DNA of 64,000 nt from an uncultured Gemmatimonadales bacterium (GCA_963850905.1 CAWKMU010000004.1:649698-713697); one strand, 5' to 3'; positions 1-10,318 are shown, counted from the first letter of the stretch. Translations and numbers: made by a program. Notes: generated by a model not told the origin, from the letters alone.

Positions 1-116
1 CAAACGTCCGCGAGACGTGATCCTGCCAGAGGCGCACGCGTGAAGGGCGCCGCGCCCGGCGGCGAAACGTGCCACTTCGCCGATTTGCGGCCCGCGTGGC
101 CAGCGACGATTGGCGC

Positions 117-2057
117 TCAAGGCGCACCCGCGCCTTCCATCTGTCGGACCACCGCCTGCAGGGCGCTGACACGTTGCGCATCGCTCGCGGTGCTCGCGTC
201 GTTGCCCAGCTGCGTTGCCAGTCGCTTCAACTCGCTCACGCGCTGAGGGCCGCTCGCCTGCTCCGCCCGATCGAGGGCGCCGGAGATGGCCGACGTCTGG
301 TCGGCACTCAAGCCATGGTCGCGCACCAACTGGTCGACGTAAGCGCGTGCGACGGGGAACGCGGCGGGCCAGACGATCTTGGGCTGCGTCTGGACATTGA
401 GCTGGGCGAAGTGCACGAGGTTCGCCGCGTCGATCTCGTTCTGCGTGAGGTCAGCAGTCGGCGTCAGCTTGAAGATGTCGAACCCCCGCGCCTTGTCCGA
501 TCCGTACAGGTAGCCGTTGTAGTAGTACGCCGCCCAGTAGCCGCCCCGGACCAACTTCGTAGAATCGATCGGGCCACGGTCGAAGTAGGCAATCTCCTTG
601 GGGTGCGCGGGATCGGTGAAGTCGAAGATCGAGATGCCACCCTGATACCACGCCTGTGCCATGATGTCGCGGCCCGGTACCGGGATCAGCGACCCGTTGT
701 GCGCGACGCAGTTTTCCTGCGCGGTCTGGGCCGCCGGCAGCTTGAAGTAGCCCACATGTGTCAAGCTGCTCTGATGCAGCCTGAAGATCGCGTCCGCACC
801 CCAGTCGATGGGGTCCGTCGGGAGGCACTTGGCCGCGCCACCGCCGCCCCACTCGTCGGTGAAGAGCAGCGTTGTCGCAGTGTTGTTGAACGTCGCCGAG
901 TGCCAGAAGGCGAAGTTCGAGTCGGCCACCGCCTGCAACCTCACCGGATGCATCGGATCCTTGATGTTGAGCAGCAAGCCGTAGCCGGAGCACGCACCAG
1001 CAGCCAGTCCCATCGCCGGATAGGCGGTCATGTCATGGCACTGCGACGGGCCGCCGGGACTGGAGAATTGCGCTAGAAACGAAGGTGGCGTCACGCCCAT
1101 CTGCCGCAGCGAATCGGTGAGCACTCGGACCATGGCGGCGTCGTCCAGGTCGAGAAGCAGCAGCGAAAACGTCCGGATGATGCGCGCGGAGTCCGCCGCG
1201 GATGTGTTGGGCGGCATCTGAGGCATGGACTGGCGCGGCAGGTGCAGCAACGCCCCGCTGGCAGTGTCCCCCAGGGCCAGCCCGTGATGCGGCGGTGCTA
1301 GGAGGCCGTTGAAAAGACGGGCCGAGCTGACGATCCGGGCTTGCTCCGGATGCGCCAGCGGGACTCGAATGATCTCGATGCGGAACAGCGCGCTGTTCGG
1401 ATCGCTGACATCACCCGTGCGGCATCCAGGCATCTCCGTGCTCGAGCGCACTGGTGCGAGGCCAGACACGTAGATGTAGACGACACCCTTGTCGACCGGG
1501 TCCGGCACCATCGTATTGGTATGCGAGCCTCGGCAGGTCTGCACATCGGCGACCTCCTTCGGTTGAGCCGGATTGGACACGTCGAAGATGCGAACCCCGA
1601 TCATGCGCTCCTTGCTGACACTGTCCTGCACACCCTGCGTCCCGCAGTCCAGACGGCTCCCCCTGTTCTCCGCAGAGACAAACAGCAGGTGGCCGGCAAT
1701 GGAGACATCGCCCTGCTCGGTGAAGCAGGCGAGGGCGGTGACCAGCTTCGGATCTTGGGGATTCCCGATATCCCAGATTTGCAAGCCGCTGAAGTTCCCC
1801 TGATACACGTAGTTGCCGCCGAACGCGAGATCCGAATTGGAGTACGTCTGCACGGGTTCATTGGGCTTCAAAACGTCAGCCCTGTTGCGGTGGGCGACCA
1901 GATCGAGCCCTTTTGCGGCAACACCGGCGTCGTACAGCCCGGCCTTGAGGTGGTAGCGCACGTCCGTGGTGTCCTGGCCCTGGACCAGCACCGGGAAGGT
2001 CAGAGGGGCGGCGGCGAGGAGCAGGAACCAACGGGCGACGCGTCGCGTGACGGACAT
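117..2057 (-). CDS. Secreted LVIVD-repeat (beta-propeller) protein
   Basis: Signal peptide; NSDLAF, QGDVS, QTCRGSHT, QCHD, FWHSATFNN, ENCVAHNGS motifs; GAGGTG RBS before ATG 2057 (ORF track start 2072); coupled to DUF305 gene. Confidence 0.85.
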   Translation of the reverse strand: MSVTRRVARWFLLLAAAPLTFPVLVQGQDTTDVRYHLKAGLYDAGVAAKGLDLVAHRNRADVLKPNEPVQTYSNSDLAFGGNYVYQGNFSGLQIWDIGNPQDPKLVTALACFTEQGDVSIAGHLLFVSAENRGSRLDCGTQGVQDSVSKERMIGVRIFDVSNPAQPKEVADVQTCRGSHTNTMVPDPVDKGVVYIYVSGLAPVRSSTEMPGCRTGDVSDPNSALFRIEIIRVPLAHPEQARIVSSARLFNGLLAPPHHGLALGDTASGALLHLPRQSMPQMPPNTSAADSARIIRTFSLLLLDLDDAAMVRVLTDSLRQMGVTPPSFLAQFSSPGGPSQCHDMTAYPAMGLAAGACSGYGLLLNIKDPMHPVRLQAVADSNFAFWHSATFNNTATTLLFTDEWGGGGAAKCLPTDPIDWGADAIFRLHQSSLTHVGYFKLPAAQTAQENCVAHNGSLIPVPGRDIMAQAWYQGGISIFDFTDPAHPKEIAYFDRGPIDSTKLVRGGYWAAYYYNGYLYGSDKARGFDIFKLTPTADLTQNEIDAANLVHFAQLNVQTQPKIVWPAAFPVARAYVDQLVRDHGLSADQTSAISGALDRAEQASGPQRVSELKRLATQLGNDASTASDAQRVSALQAVVRQMEGAGAP

Positions 2058-2071
2058 GGCGTGACACCTCA

Positions 2072-2767
2072 TCAGGATTTACTCGCGGTGAGTGTGTTCA
2101 ACAGCGCTTGCATGCGCGCGATCTCGGCGCGTTGACCCGCGTCGATATCGTTGGCGAACCCGGAGATGTCCGGTTGTTGGCCGCCGGCCGGGCTTGCGTA
2201 GAGATGCGCAACCATCGTGAGGGCTCCCTCGTGATGTGGGATCATCCCACTCAGGTAGAGACGGTCGAATTCCGCACCGTGAGCGGCGTCGAGCTGTCGC
2301 ATCTGTTCGGATGTCAGCATCCCAGACATAATCATCGGGTGTGGACCCATGTCCATGCCAGGCATGTTCAGTGGGCTCGTGTCGTGCACCGGACCGGCCT
2401 GCTTCGCGAGCATGCGGAGGGGATCGGGCACCGCGAGGTGGCGGTCCAGGAGCCAGTCCTGCATCAACCGGATCTCGTCCCGCTGTGACAGCGCGATGCG
2501 CTTGGCGAGGATGAGTAGCGTCTGGCTCGCGCCGTGGGTCGGCGCCCACTCGGACATGACGACCGCTTGCGCGTGATGAAAGATCATGTCCTGCATGAAG
2601 CTGGCGTCCGCCGCGGTGTAGTCGGGCCGAGCTGGCCCGGGCGCCTGGGCCAGGAGGCGCGGCGCAAGGAGGACGAGGCTAGCCAGGAGGATGCGTCCGG
2701 ACGAAGGTGCTGGCCCGCGTCGGAACGCGAGGGCGCGCCGTTTACGCGCCGTCGTGAGAGGCCGCAT
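2072..2767 (-). CDS. DUF305 domain protein
   Basis: ADASFMQDMIFHHAQAVVMS and FDRLYLSGMIPHHEGALTM double-HH helices; usual LVIVD partner; true start uncertain. Confidence 0.85.
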   Translation of the reverse strand: MRPLTTARKRRALAFRRGPAPSSGRILLASLVLLAPRLLAQAPGPARPDYTAADASFMQDMIFHHAQAVVMSEWAPTHGASQTLLILAKRIALSQRDEIRLMQDWLLDRHLAVPDPLRMLAKQAGPVHDTSPLNMPGMDMGPHPMIMSGMLTSEQMRQLDAAHGAEFDRLYLSGMIPHHEGALTMVAHLYASPAGGQQPDISGFANDIDAGQRAEIARMQALLNTLTASKS

Positions 2768-2892
2768 GGGGCCGCGTACTGCAACGACTGCGGGCGTTAA
2801 GATGATCCGGGCTCCTGCTTGGAGGCGCTACGTTGTTGGAACGGCACCTGGGCGCGCCCCGTGTGAGGCTTGCAGGCTCGGAGGATAACACA

Positions 2893-3627
2893 ATGAGTGA
2901 GGAACTTAAGGGAAGAACGGCCCTCGTCACCGGGGCAAGTCGCGGCATCGGCCGCGCGATCGCTCGTGCGATGGCAGGAGCGGGAGCCGATGTGGCCGTG
3001 AGCTACCGGAGCAACGACAGCGAGGCCGAAAAAGTGTGCGCGGAGGTCCGGGGGTACGGTCGGCGCTGCGTCGTCGTGCGCGCCGACGTTGCCGGGCCGA
3101 GCGACGTGGGACGACTACTGGAGAGTGTACACGGAAGCCTGGGCCAAATCACGATCCTGGTGAACAATGCCGGCGTCGGCCAGGGACGCACGATTGAGAA
3201 CATCACGGAGCAGGACTGGGATCAGATGCTCGCGACCAATCTCAAAGGCGTCTTCCTGCTCACCCAGGCGGTGCTGCCGGACATGCGCGCCGCAGGGTGG
3301 GGCCGGATCATCAATCTGTCGTCCGCGGCCGCACAAATCGGCGGTGTGGTCGGGCCACACTACGCGGCCTCCAAAGCGGGCGTGCTCGGCCTCACGCACT
3401 ACTACGCCGCGCACCTGGCCAGAGAGGGAATTACCGTCAACGCCATCGCCCCGGGGCCCATCAGTACTGACATGGCCAGCGCGCTGCCGCAACTGACGCC
3501 TGAAAGCTTGCCCGTAGGGCGCTTCGGCACGGTCGAGGAGGTCGCTCAAGTGGCGTTGATGCTGGCGACCAACGGATTCATCACCGGGCAGACGATAAAC
3601 GTGAACGGAGGCCGCTACCTCGCCTGA
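2893..3627 (+). CDS. SDR family oxidoreductase (FabG-like)
   Basis: TGASRGIG, NNAG, YAASK motifs; GGAGG RBS before ATG 2893. Confidence 0.9.
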   Translation: MSEELKGRTALVTGASRGIGRAIARAMAGAGADVAVSYRSNDSEAEKVCAEVRGYGRRCVVVRADVAGPSDVGRLLESVHGSLGQITILVNNAGVGQGRTIENITEQDWDQMLATNLKGVFLLTQAVLPDMRAAGWGRIINLSSAAAQIGGVVGPHYAASKAGVLGLTHYYAAHLAREGITVNAIAPGPISTDMASALPQLTPESLPVGRFGTVEEVAQVALMLATNGFITGQTINVNGGRYLA

Positions 3628-4901
3628 GTCAGCTCTCCGGCATATTGATCCACGGACGCTCGAACCATGGCGTCGCCGCCCGGTCGGACTCCAAGCCAGA
3701 ACATGGCTCCCGCGAAGGCGACCGCTGCGCCTACGCCCATCGACCAGGTCCATCCAAAATGAGTACCGACCCATGGGGTGACGATTGGCGCGAGTACGCC
3801 GCCCAACTGGCCGCCGGTGTTGAGCAGTCCGGCCGCCGTGGTGCCGTGTGCTCCTCCAAGCTCCACCGCAGTCATCCAGGAGGCAGCCTCGGCCGCGACC
3901 GCGGCGGCAAGGGCCACGCTGAACCAAACAACAACCCACCGCGGATCCTTGGCGAGCACCCCGACGATGAGCAGCACAGCACCAGCGGATAGACCGAGCA
4001 CGGGCACCAATGCCCGGCCCTTCCGCAGTCCCATACGTCGAACACACAGATCGGTTAGCCAACCTCCTGCCAGCACGCCCCCCGCCATCGCCAACGTCAC
4101 AATCGTCGAGTACAGCCGGCTAGTGTCCGTGCCAAGCTTCAGTACATCGCCGAAGTAGTACTGCATCCAGTAGAAAAACAAATACTCGAAGTAGTCGAGC
4201 GCCGCATAGGCGGCCGTGACCCGCAGGAGATTGCGGTTCTTGAGCAGCTGCATCCAGGACGCCTTACTGGCTGGCTTGTATGCGGGAGCTCTGGCGCGCC
4301 GATTCGTGGGCGTGTCGCCGGCCAGGAGCCACCACAGGGCGGCGACACAGAGGGTGACAGCCCCGGACACAATGAAGGCCACAGGCCATCCTACATCGTC
4401 ACTGAGCCGGCCGAAGATGATATAGGTCGATGCGATGCCCAGAAGCGCGGCGCCCAACGCGAACCCGTTGGCGAGTCCTTGAGACCGCTGTGGAATCCAG
4501 CTCGAGACCGCGCGGGCGCTGGAAGGGTGGAGCGGCCCGTTGCTCGCCCCGATGAGACTTCGCACCACCAAGAGGCCAACCCACAGTGGCCCAGCAGATG
4601 CCACGGCGAGCCCCAGCGTGCCGGTAAGCGCGGTGAGTACGGCGCTAGCCGTTACCATGATCCCCAAGGTGATCCAGATCCCGAATCGATCCGCAAACAT
4701 GCCTGCCGGCGTCTGCAACAGGGTGTACCCGACGAGGAAGGCGGAATACACAATACCCATGCGCTCAGCGCTGATCCCCAAATCGGGAATCAGGTGTTCG
4801 GTGCCCGCGACCGCTATGCTCACCCGATTGAAGTGGCCGAAGAAGCTAATGGCCATGAGGAGGGGTACGATGCGCCACGAACTGCGGGAGGTCTCGGTCA
4901 T
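3615..4901 (-). CDS. MFS transporter (anion:cation symporter-like)
   Basis: About 12 hydrophobic segments, GMFADRFG motif A. Confidence 0.85.
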   Translation of the reverse strand: MTETSRSSWRIVPLLMAISFFGHFNRVSIAVAGTEHLIPDLGISAERMGIVYSAFLVGYTLLQTPAGMFADRFGIWITLGIMVTASAVLTALTGTLGLAVASAGPLWVGLLVVRSLIGASNGPLHPSSARAVSSWIPQRSQGLANGFALGAALLGIASTYIIFGRLSDDVGWPVAFIVSGAVTLCVAALWWLLAGDTPTNRRARAPAYKPASKASWMQLLKNRNLLRVTAAYAALDYFEYLFFYWMQYYFGDVLKLGTDTSRLYSTIVTLAMAGGVLAGGWLTDLCVRRMGLRKGRALVPVLGLSAGAVLLIVGVLAKDPRWVVVWFSVALAAAVAAEAASWMTAVELGGAHGTTAAGLLNTGGQLGGVLAPIVTPWVGTHFGWTWSMGVGAAVAFAGAMFWLGVRPGGDAMVRASVDQYAGELTQAR

Positions 4902-5017
4902 CGGTCGGCGAGGAGGTGAAGGCGCCAATCATGTACGGCCGTCTGATATATCGGAAGTGCGAATTGACCGCCAAAGGGACTGGCCTGTTCCCGCCCCCGC
5001 GCCGACATTTCCCGGCC

Positions 5018-6337
5018 ATGAGTGAGGCGGCGGCCCTTCCGTCTAGCGGCGCGGCCCGCACGTCGGCAGCCACGCGATGGTGCCAGCTCGCCCTCGGCGT
5101 CATCTGCATGTCGATGATCGCCAACCTGCAGTACGGCTGGACGCTCTTCGTGAATCCCATCCACGACCGCCACGGGTGGGGACTCCCCTCGATCCAGTTC
5201 GCGTTCGCGGTGTTCGTCTTCTTCGAGACGTGGCTCGTCCCGCTCGAGGGGTACATCGTCGATCGGATCGGCCCCCAGTTCGTCGGCGTGATCGCCGGCG
5301 TGCTCGTCGCGATCGCCTGGGTGATCAACGGCGCGGCGAGTTCGCTCGCGATGCTCTATGTGGGCGCTGCGGTTGGCGGGGTGGGCGCGGGCGCCGTGTA
5401 CGGCGCAACCGTCGGTAACGCGCTCAAGTGGTTCCCCGACCGGCGCGGGCTCGCCGCGGGACTCACGGCGATGGGGTTCGGCGCTGGCTCCGCGCTCACC
5501 GTGTTCCCGATCGCCAACATGATCAGGTCGCAGGGCTACGAGGCGACGTTTGTGAAGTTCGGCCTGGCCCAGGGCGCGGTCGTATTCGTGGTCAGCTGGT
5601 TCCTCCGCGCGCCCGATGCGTCCTTCGCCGCCGCCAGGTCGGCGCCGAAACGCCTCACGTCGTCCACCGCGCGCGAACACACGCCGATCGAGATGCTGCG
5701 CACGCCGGCATTCTGGGTGATGTACGTCATGTTCGTGCTCACGGCGACGGGCGGACTGATTGCGACTGCACAGCTTGCGCCGATCGCGAAAGACTTCGGG
5801 ATTGCCGACATCCCGGTGTCGCTCCTCGGCCTCACCGGCGCGGCGCTCCCGTTCGCGCTCTCGCTTAACCGCGTTTTGAACGGCGTGAGCCGTCCCGCGT
5901 TCGGCTGGGTGTCGGATCACGTCGGCCGTGAGAACACGATGTTCCTCGCCTTCGGGCTCGAGGGGATCGCGATCCTGCTCCTGGGCAGCTTCGGGCACGA
6001 CCCACTGGCATTCGTGCTGCTCACTAGCCTGTTGTTCTTCGCGTACGGCGAGATCTACTCGCTTTTCCCGGCGACCGTCGGCGACGAGTACGGCCGCAAG
6101 TTCGCCGCGGCGAACGCCGGGCTACTGTACACCGGCAAGGGGATGGCATCGATCCTCGTCTGGGTGAGCAGCGTGATCGGCGGCTCGACACGCGGGGGAT
6201 GGCATACGGTGTTCATCGTCGCGGCGGCGATGAGTCTGGTCGCGTCGGCGCTGGCGCTCGTGGTGCTCAAGCCGGCGCGGCGCGCCGCTGCGGCGGCGAC
6301 AGCCAGATCGACGACGGCGCCCGCACCGGCGGATTGA
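5018..6337 (+). CDS. oxlT: Oxalate/formate antiporter family MFS transporter
   Basis: MIANLQYGWTLFVNPI, GNALKWFPDRRGLAAGLTAMGFGAGSALT, GEIYSLFPA motifs of the OFA family. Confidence 0.85.
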   Translation: MSEAAALPSSGAARTSAATRWCQLALGVICMSMIANLQYGWTLFVNPIHDRHGWGLPSIQFAFAVFVFFETWLVPLEGYIVDRIGPQFVGVIAGVLVAIAWVINGAASSLAMLYVGAAVGGVGAGAVYGATVGNALKWFPDRRGLAAGLTAMGFGAGSALTVFPIANMIRSQGYEATFVKFGLAQGAVVFVVSWFLRAPDASFAAARSAPKRLTSSTAREHTPIEMLRTPAFWVMYVMFVLTATGGLIATAQLAPIAKDFGIADIPVSLLGLTGAALPFALSLNRVLNGVSRPAFGWVSDHVGRENTMFLAFGLEGIAILLLGSFGHDPLAFVLLTSLLFFAYGEIYSLFPATVGDEYGRKFAAANAGLLYTGKGMASILVWVSSVIGGSTRGGWHTVFIVAAAMSLVASALALVVLKPARRAAAAATARSTTAPAPAD

Positions 6338-6344
6338 TCGCACG

Positions 6345-7361
6345 GTGAAGATCGCCGTCGTCGGCGCGGGCTCCATCGGCGGGTTCGTGGGCGGCTGGCT
6401 CGCCGCCGCCGGCGAGGACGTCACGTTCATCGCCCGCGGCGCGAACCTCGCCGCGATCCGCGCAAGCGGCATGCGCGTGATCGGCGAGCACGGCAAGGAG
6501 ACTGTCGCGAGAAACGCGCGCGCAGTCGAGTCTGCGGCCGACGCGGGCGCTCAGGATGTGGTGGTGCTCGCGGTGAAGGCGCATCAGGTGGGCGCCGTTG
6601 TCGGCACCGTCCAGCACCTCTGCGACGCGGACACGCCGATCATCACGATGCAGAACGGCGTGCCGTGGTGGTACTTCCAGCGATACGGCGGCCAGTACGA
6701 AGGCACGCCTATCCAGGCTGCGGACCCTGACGGCGCCATCGCCCACGCGATCGACCCCGCCCGCATCATCGGGAGCGTCGTCTATCCGGCAGCGGTGCTC
6801 GAGGCACCCGGTGTCGTACGCGTCCTCGAGGGACGACGCATCACCCTCGGCGAGCTCGACGGCTCGACGACGCCCCGCATCGAGCGCATCGCCGCGGCGT
6901 TCACACGCGCAGGGTTCAAGGCGCCGATCACCGACGACATCCGCGGTGAGATCTGGCTCAAGATGTGGGGCAATCTCAGCTTCAACCCGATCAGCGCGCT
7001 CACGCATGCGACGCTCGTCGATCTCCTCGAGTTCCCGCTCACGCGGGAGTTGTCCGCCGAGATGATGCGCGAGGCGGAGGCAATTGCGGCCAAGCTGGGC
7101 GTTACGTTTCGGATCGGCATCGACAAGCGGCTCGCCGGCGCCGAGAGGGTCGGCGCGCACAAGACGTCGATGCTGCAGGACGTCGAAGCCGGCCGGCCGA
7201 TGGAGATCGAGGCTTTGGTCGGCGCAGTCGTGGAGTTGGGACGTCTCACGAGCACGCCGACGCCGCACGTCGACGCCGTGTACGCCTGCGCACGCCTGCT
7301 CGCGCAAACGCTCGCTGTCACCGGCGGGTCGTTGACCGTTGCGCCAGCGAAGGCGCGCTGA
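6345..7361 (+). CDS. Ketopantoate reductase family protein (PanE2/oxalyl-CoA reductase-like)
   Basis: GAGSIGG, QNGVPWWYF, WLKMWGNLSFNPISALT, HKTSMLQDVEAGR; lies between oxlT and a CoA ligase. Confidence 0.85.
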   Translation: MKIAVVGAGSIGGFVGGWLAAAGEDVTFIARGANLAAIRASGMRVIGEHGKETVARNARAVESAADAGAQDVVVLAVKAHQVGAVVGTVQHLCDADTPIITMQNGVPWWYFQRYGGQYEGTPIQAADPDGAIAHAIDPARIIGSVVYPAAVLEAPGVVRVLEGRRITLGELDGSTTPRIERIAAAFTRAGFKAPITDDIRGEIWLKMWGNLSFNPISALTHATLVDLLEFPLTRELSAEMMREAEAIAAKLGVTFRIGIDKRLAGAERVGAHKTSMLQDVEAGRPMEIEALVGAVVELGRLTSTPTPHVDAVYACARLLAQTLAVTGGSLTVAPAKAR

Positions 7362-7383
7362 CTCTCTAAGGGGATCGCGCAGC

Positions 7384-8919
7384 ATGACCGACGCAGGACA
7401 GACGATCGTCGAAGTTCTGGAAGCCGGCGCGGAGCATGCGCCCGCGCTGAGCGCACCGGGCGGGAAGCCGCTCACCTACGCCGCGCTCCGCGCGCACGTG
7501 AAGACCATCGTGGCGGCGCTCGCGACGCAGGGAATCGGCCCAAACGATCGCGTCGCAATCGTGCTCGACAACGGCCCCGAAGCCGCGTCGGCGTTCCTGA
7601 GCATCGGCACGGCCGCAACGGCGGCGCCCCTCAATCCAGCCTATCGCGCGGACGAGTTCGAGTTCTACCTCACCGACCTGCGCGCGAAGCTCCTCGTCAT
7701 CGCGCAGGGCAAGGAGTCGGCGGCCGTCGAGGTCGCGACGCGCCTCGGCGTCCCCATCGCGCGGTTGGAGCCGAGACCGGAGCGCGGCGCGGGCAGTTTC
7801 GACCTCGCGTTCGCGACCAGCGCATCGAGGGCACCACGCGCCACGTCGCCGAGCCGTGCGACGAGTGACGACATCGCGCTCGTGCTGCACACGTCGGGGA
7901 CGACGTCGCGACCCAAGATCGTTCCGCTCGCGCACAAGAACGTCTGCGCGTCGGCGGCGCACATCCGCTCCACGCTCGCGCTCACGGCGGACGACTGCGG
8001 CCTCGTAGTCATGCCGCTCTTCCACATCCACGGCCTCGTCGCCGCCCTCCTCGCGCCGCTCTCAGCGGGCGGCGAGGTGTCGTGCACGAGCGGGTTCAAC
8101 GCGCTCAAGTTCTTCGCCTGGATGGGCGAGGTGCGGCCGACGTGGTACACCGGCGTACCGACGATGCACCAGGCGATGCTGCTGCGCGCGCCGCACAACG
8201 CCGATGTCGTGCGGTCGCAGCGGCTTCGATTCATCCGCTCGTCGTCGTCGGCACTCCCGCCGACGGTGACCGCCGAGCTCGAGCGCGTGTTCGGCGTGCC
8301 GGTGATCGAAGCGTACGGGATGACCGAGGCAGCTCACCAAATGGCGAGCAATCCTTTGCCGCCCGGGAAGCGCAAGCCAGGGACAGTGGGGCGCGCCGCC
8401 GGCCCCGAAGTGCGCGTGGTCGACTCGCTCGGGAAATCGGTTCCCGCAGGCACGCCGGGCGAGATCGTGATCCGCGGCCCGAATGTAATGAAGGAGTACG
8501 AGAGCAATCCGAGGGCGAACGCCGAGGCATTCTACGACGGATGGTTTCGCACCGGCGATCAGGGGATGATGGATGCGGAGGACTACCTGAGCATCACCGG
8601 CCGACTCAAGGAGATCATCAATCGCGGCGGCGAGAAGATTTCACCGCGCGAAGTCGACGAGATCATCATGCTCCACCCGGCCGTGCATCAGTGCGTGACA
8701 TTCGCACTCCCGCACAAGATGCTCGGCGAAGACGTCGCGGCCGCAGTCGTGCTTCGGCAAGGCGTCTCGGCCGACGACAGGGAGCTGCGCGCCTTCGCGT
8801 CGACGCGCCTCGCACCGTTCAAGGTGCCGTGCAAGATCGTCATTCTCCCCGAGATTCCGGTGGGCGCGACGGGGAAGTTGCAGCGCATCGGCCTCGCCAA
8901 GAAACTGGGACTCGCATGA
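7384..8919 (+). CDS. Acyl-CoA synthetase, oxalate-CoA ligase-like
   Basis: LHTSGTTSRPK AMP-binding motif, PLFHIHGL, EAYGMTEAAHQMASNPLP, NRGGEKISP typical of the AAE3/Pcs60 subfamily. Confidence 0.85.
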   Translation: MTDAGQTIVEVLEAGAEHAPALSAPGGKPLTYAALRAHVKTIVAALATQGIGPNDRVAIVLDNGPEAASAFLSIGTAATAAPLNPAYRADEFEFYLTDLRAKLLVIAQGKESAAVEVATRLGVPIARLEPRPERGAGSFDLAFATSASRAPRATSPSRATSDDIALVLHTSGTTSRPKIVPLAHKNVCASAAHIRSTLALTADDCGLVVMPLFHIHGLVAALLAPLSAGGEVSCTSGFNALKFFAWMGEVRPTWYTGVPTMHQAMLLRAPHNADVVRSQRLRFIRSSSSALPPTVTAELERVFGVPVIEAYGMTEAAHQMASNPLPPGKRKPGTVGRAAGPEVRVVDSLGKSVPAGTPGEIVIRGPNVMKEYESNPRANAEAFYDGWFRTGDQGMMDAEDYLSITGRLKEIINRGGEKISPREVDEIIMLHPAVHQCVTFALPHKMLGEDVAAAVVLRQGVSADDRELRAFASTRLAPFKVPCKIVILPEIPVGATGKLQRIGLAKKLGLA

Positions 8920-10214
8920 CGCAGCTAATCCGTTGGATTCAAACCGCAAGACCCTTCTCGGGATGGATGAAGGGCATGCCCGATGGGATCGACCAGGCTA
9001 ATTCCGACGACATCGCGGCACTAAGCCTGAACGTTCTTGCGGAGGATATCGCCCTGCCGTGTGCGATTCTCAAGGAGAATGCACTGCGTGGGAATGAGGA
9101 GTGGATGCGTGAATTCTGCAGCCGGGCGGGCGTGCAGCTCTGCCCTCACGGGAAAACCACAATGAGCCCGGAGTTGTTCGCCCGTCAGCTCCTCAATGGC
9201 GCTTGGGGAATCACAGCCGCGACTCCCCACCAGGTGCGGATCCTGCGTTCATTTGGGATCGATCGAATCTTCTATGCCAACCAGTTGATGGGCGGACCCG
9301 CTGTCCGTTTCGTCGTCGGCGAACTGCAGTCTAATCCGCAGTTTGAGTTCTATTGCCTCGTAGATTCGGTAGCGAATGTGCAGGCTCTGGGCGCCGCAAC
9401 GGACGGTTGCAAGCGCCCCTTGCACGTATTGCTCGAGGTCGGGCAGCAGGGTGGTCGGACAGGAGTACGGTCACGGGACCAGGCAATGCAGGTTGCTGAG
9501 GCAGTGCAGCGGTGTCGGGGGCTCGCCCTGGCAGGTATCGAGACCTTTGAGTTCGTTGTTCCAGCACACGACGATGATGAGCGCGAACGCAATATCACCA
9601 CGCTGTTTGAGGACATTGCGACCCTTGCCCATGAGCTGGATCGTGCCGGCTTGTTCCACGGTCCTCAGGTGATATTGTCGGCGGGCGGCTCGACGTACTT
9701 CGATGTGGCTGCGAAGTCGCTCACTTCGATTCAGCTCAGTCTACCGACCTTGTCGTTGATCCGAGCTGGTTGTTATTTGACGCAGGACTCTGGCTGGATG
9801 CCCGGTTATGTCGACCGAATGCGTGAACGGTCGCCCCTAGTCGCGAGCATCCCGGGACGACCTGAGGATGCCCTGGAAGTATGGGGTTACGTGCAGTCGC
9901 GCCCCGAGCCCCAGCTGGCCCTGATCAATGTCGGAAAGCGGGACGTTTCGTACGACATCCGCCTGCCACAGCCGAAATTCTGGTTCCGGCCCCGAGTGCA
10001 TTCGCGTCCACAGATAATCCCTGATGGAACCCAGATCGTTGCACTGAATGATCAGCATGGTTACTTGAGATTGCCCGACGACTCACCCCTGAGCGTTGGA
10101 GATCTCATTGGGCTCGGCATATCCCATCCCTGTACCACAATGGACAAATGGAGGGCCGTGCTGATCGTCGATGGCGAGTACAGTGTCAAAGGTGCGATCT
10201 CCACCTGGTTCTAA
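8916..10214 (+). CDS. PLP-dependent D-amino acid deaminase/dehydratase (DSD1 family)
   Basis: CPHGKTTMSPELF (PLP lysine), SAGGS, LNDQH, GISHPCTTMDKW; ATGA overlap with the ligase stop. Confidence 0.85.
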   Translation: MTQLIRWIQTARPFSGWMKGMPDGIDQANSDDIAALSLNVLAEDIALPCAILKENALRGNEEWMREFCSRAGVQLCPHGKTTMSPELFARQLLNGAWGITAATPHQVRILRSFGIDRIFYANQLMGGPAVRFVVGELQSNPQFEFYCLVDSVANVQALGAATDGCKRPLHVLLEVGQQGGRTGVRSRDQAMQVAEAVQRCRGLALAGIETFEFVVPAHDDDERERNITTLFEDIATLAHELDRAGLFHGPQVILSAGGSTYFDVAAKSLTSIQLSLPTLSLIRAGCYLTQDSGWMPGYVDRMRERSPLVASIPGRPEDALEVWGYVQSRPEPQLALINVGKRDVSYDIRLPQPKFWFRPRVHSRPQIIPDGTQIVALNDQHGYLRLPDDSPLSVGDLIGLGISHPCTTMDKWRAVLIVDGEYSVKGAISTWF

Positions 10215-10241
10215 CTACGCTCGCGCAGCGGCGCGAAGAAC

Positions 10242-10310
10242 CCGTGTTTCGCGCACCGTGATCGAGGCGTAGGGTGACCGAGGCAGCGCACCAGAGAGCA
10301 ATCCTTTGCC
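10242..10310 (+). pseudogene. Decayed internal fragment of an oxalate-CoA ligase-like gene
   Basis: gtgatcgaggcgtagggtgaccgaggcagcgcaccagagagcaatcctttgcc aligns with 8284-8360 (VIEAYGMTEAAHQMASNPL) with small deletions. Confidence 0.75.
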
Positions 10311-10318
10311 TTTTCTAT

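Noticed and set aside
69..1076. 335-aa plus-strand ORF and similar long antisense ORFs (26693-28066, 4898-5998, 6267-7475, 39420-40322)
   Set aside because: Shadow frames of well-supported genes in high-GC DNA; Arg-rich with no motifs
8082..8915. Apparent N-terminal extension making a 710-aa protein
   Set aside because: Out-of-frame overlap with the CoA ligase; the real start is ATG 8916
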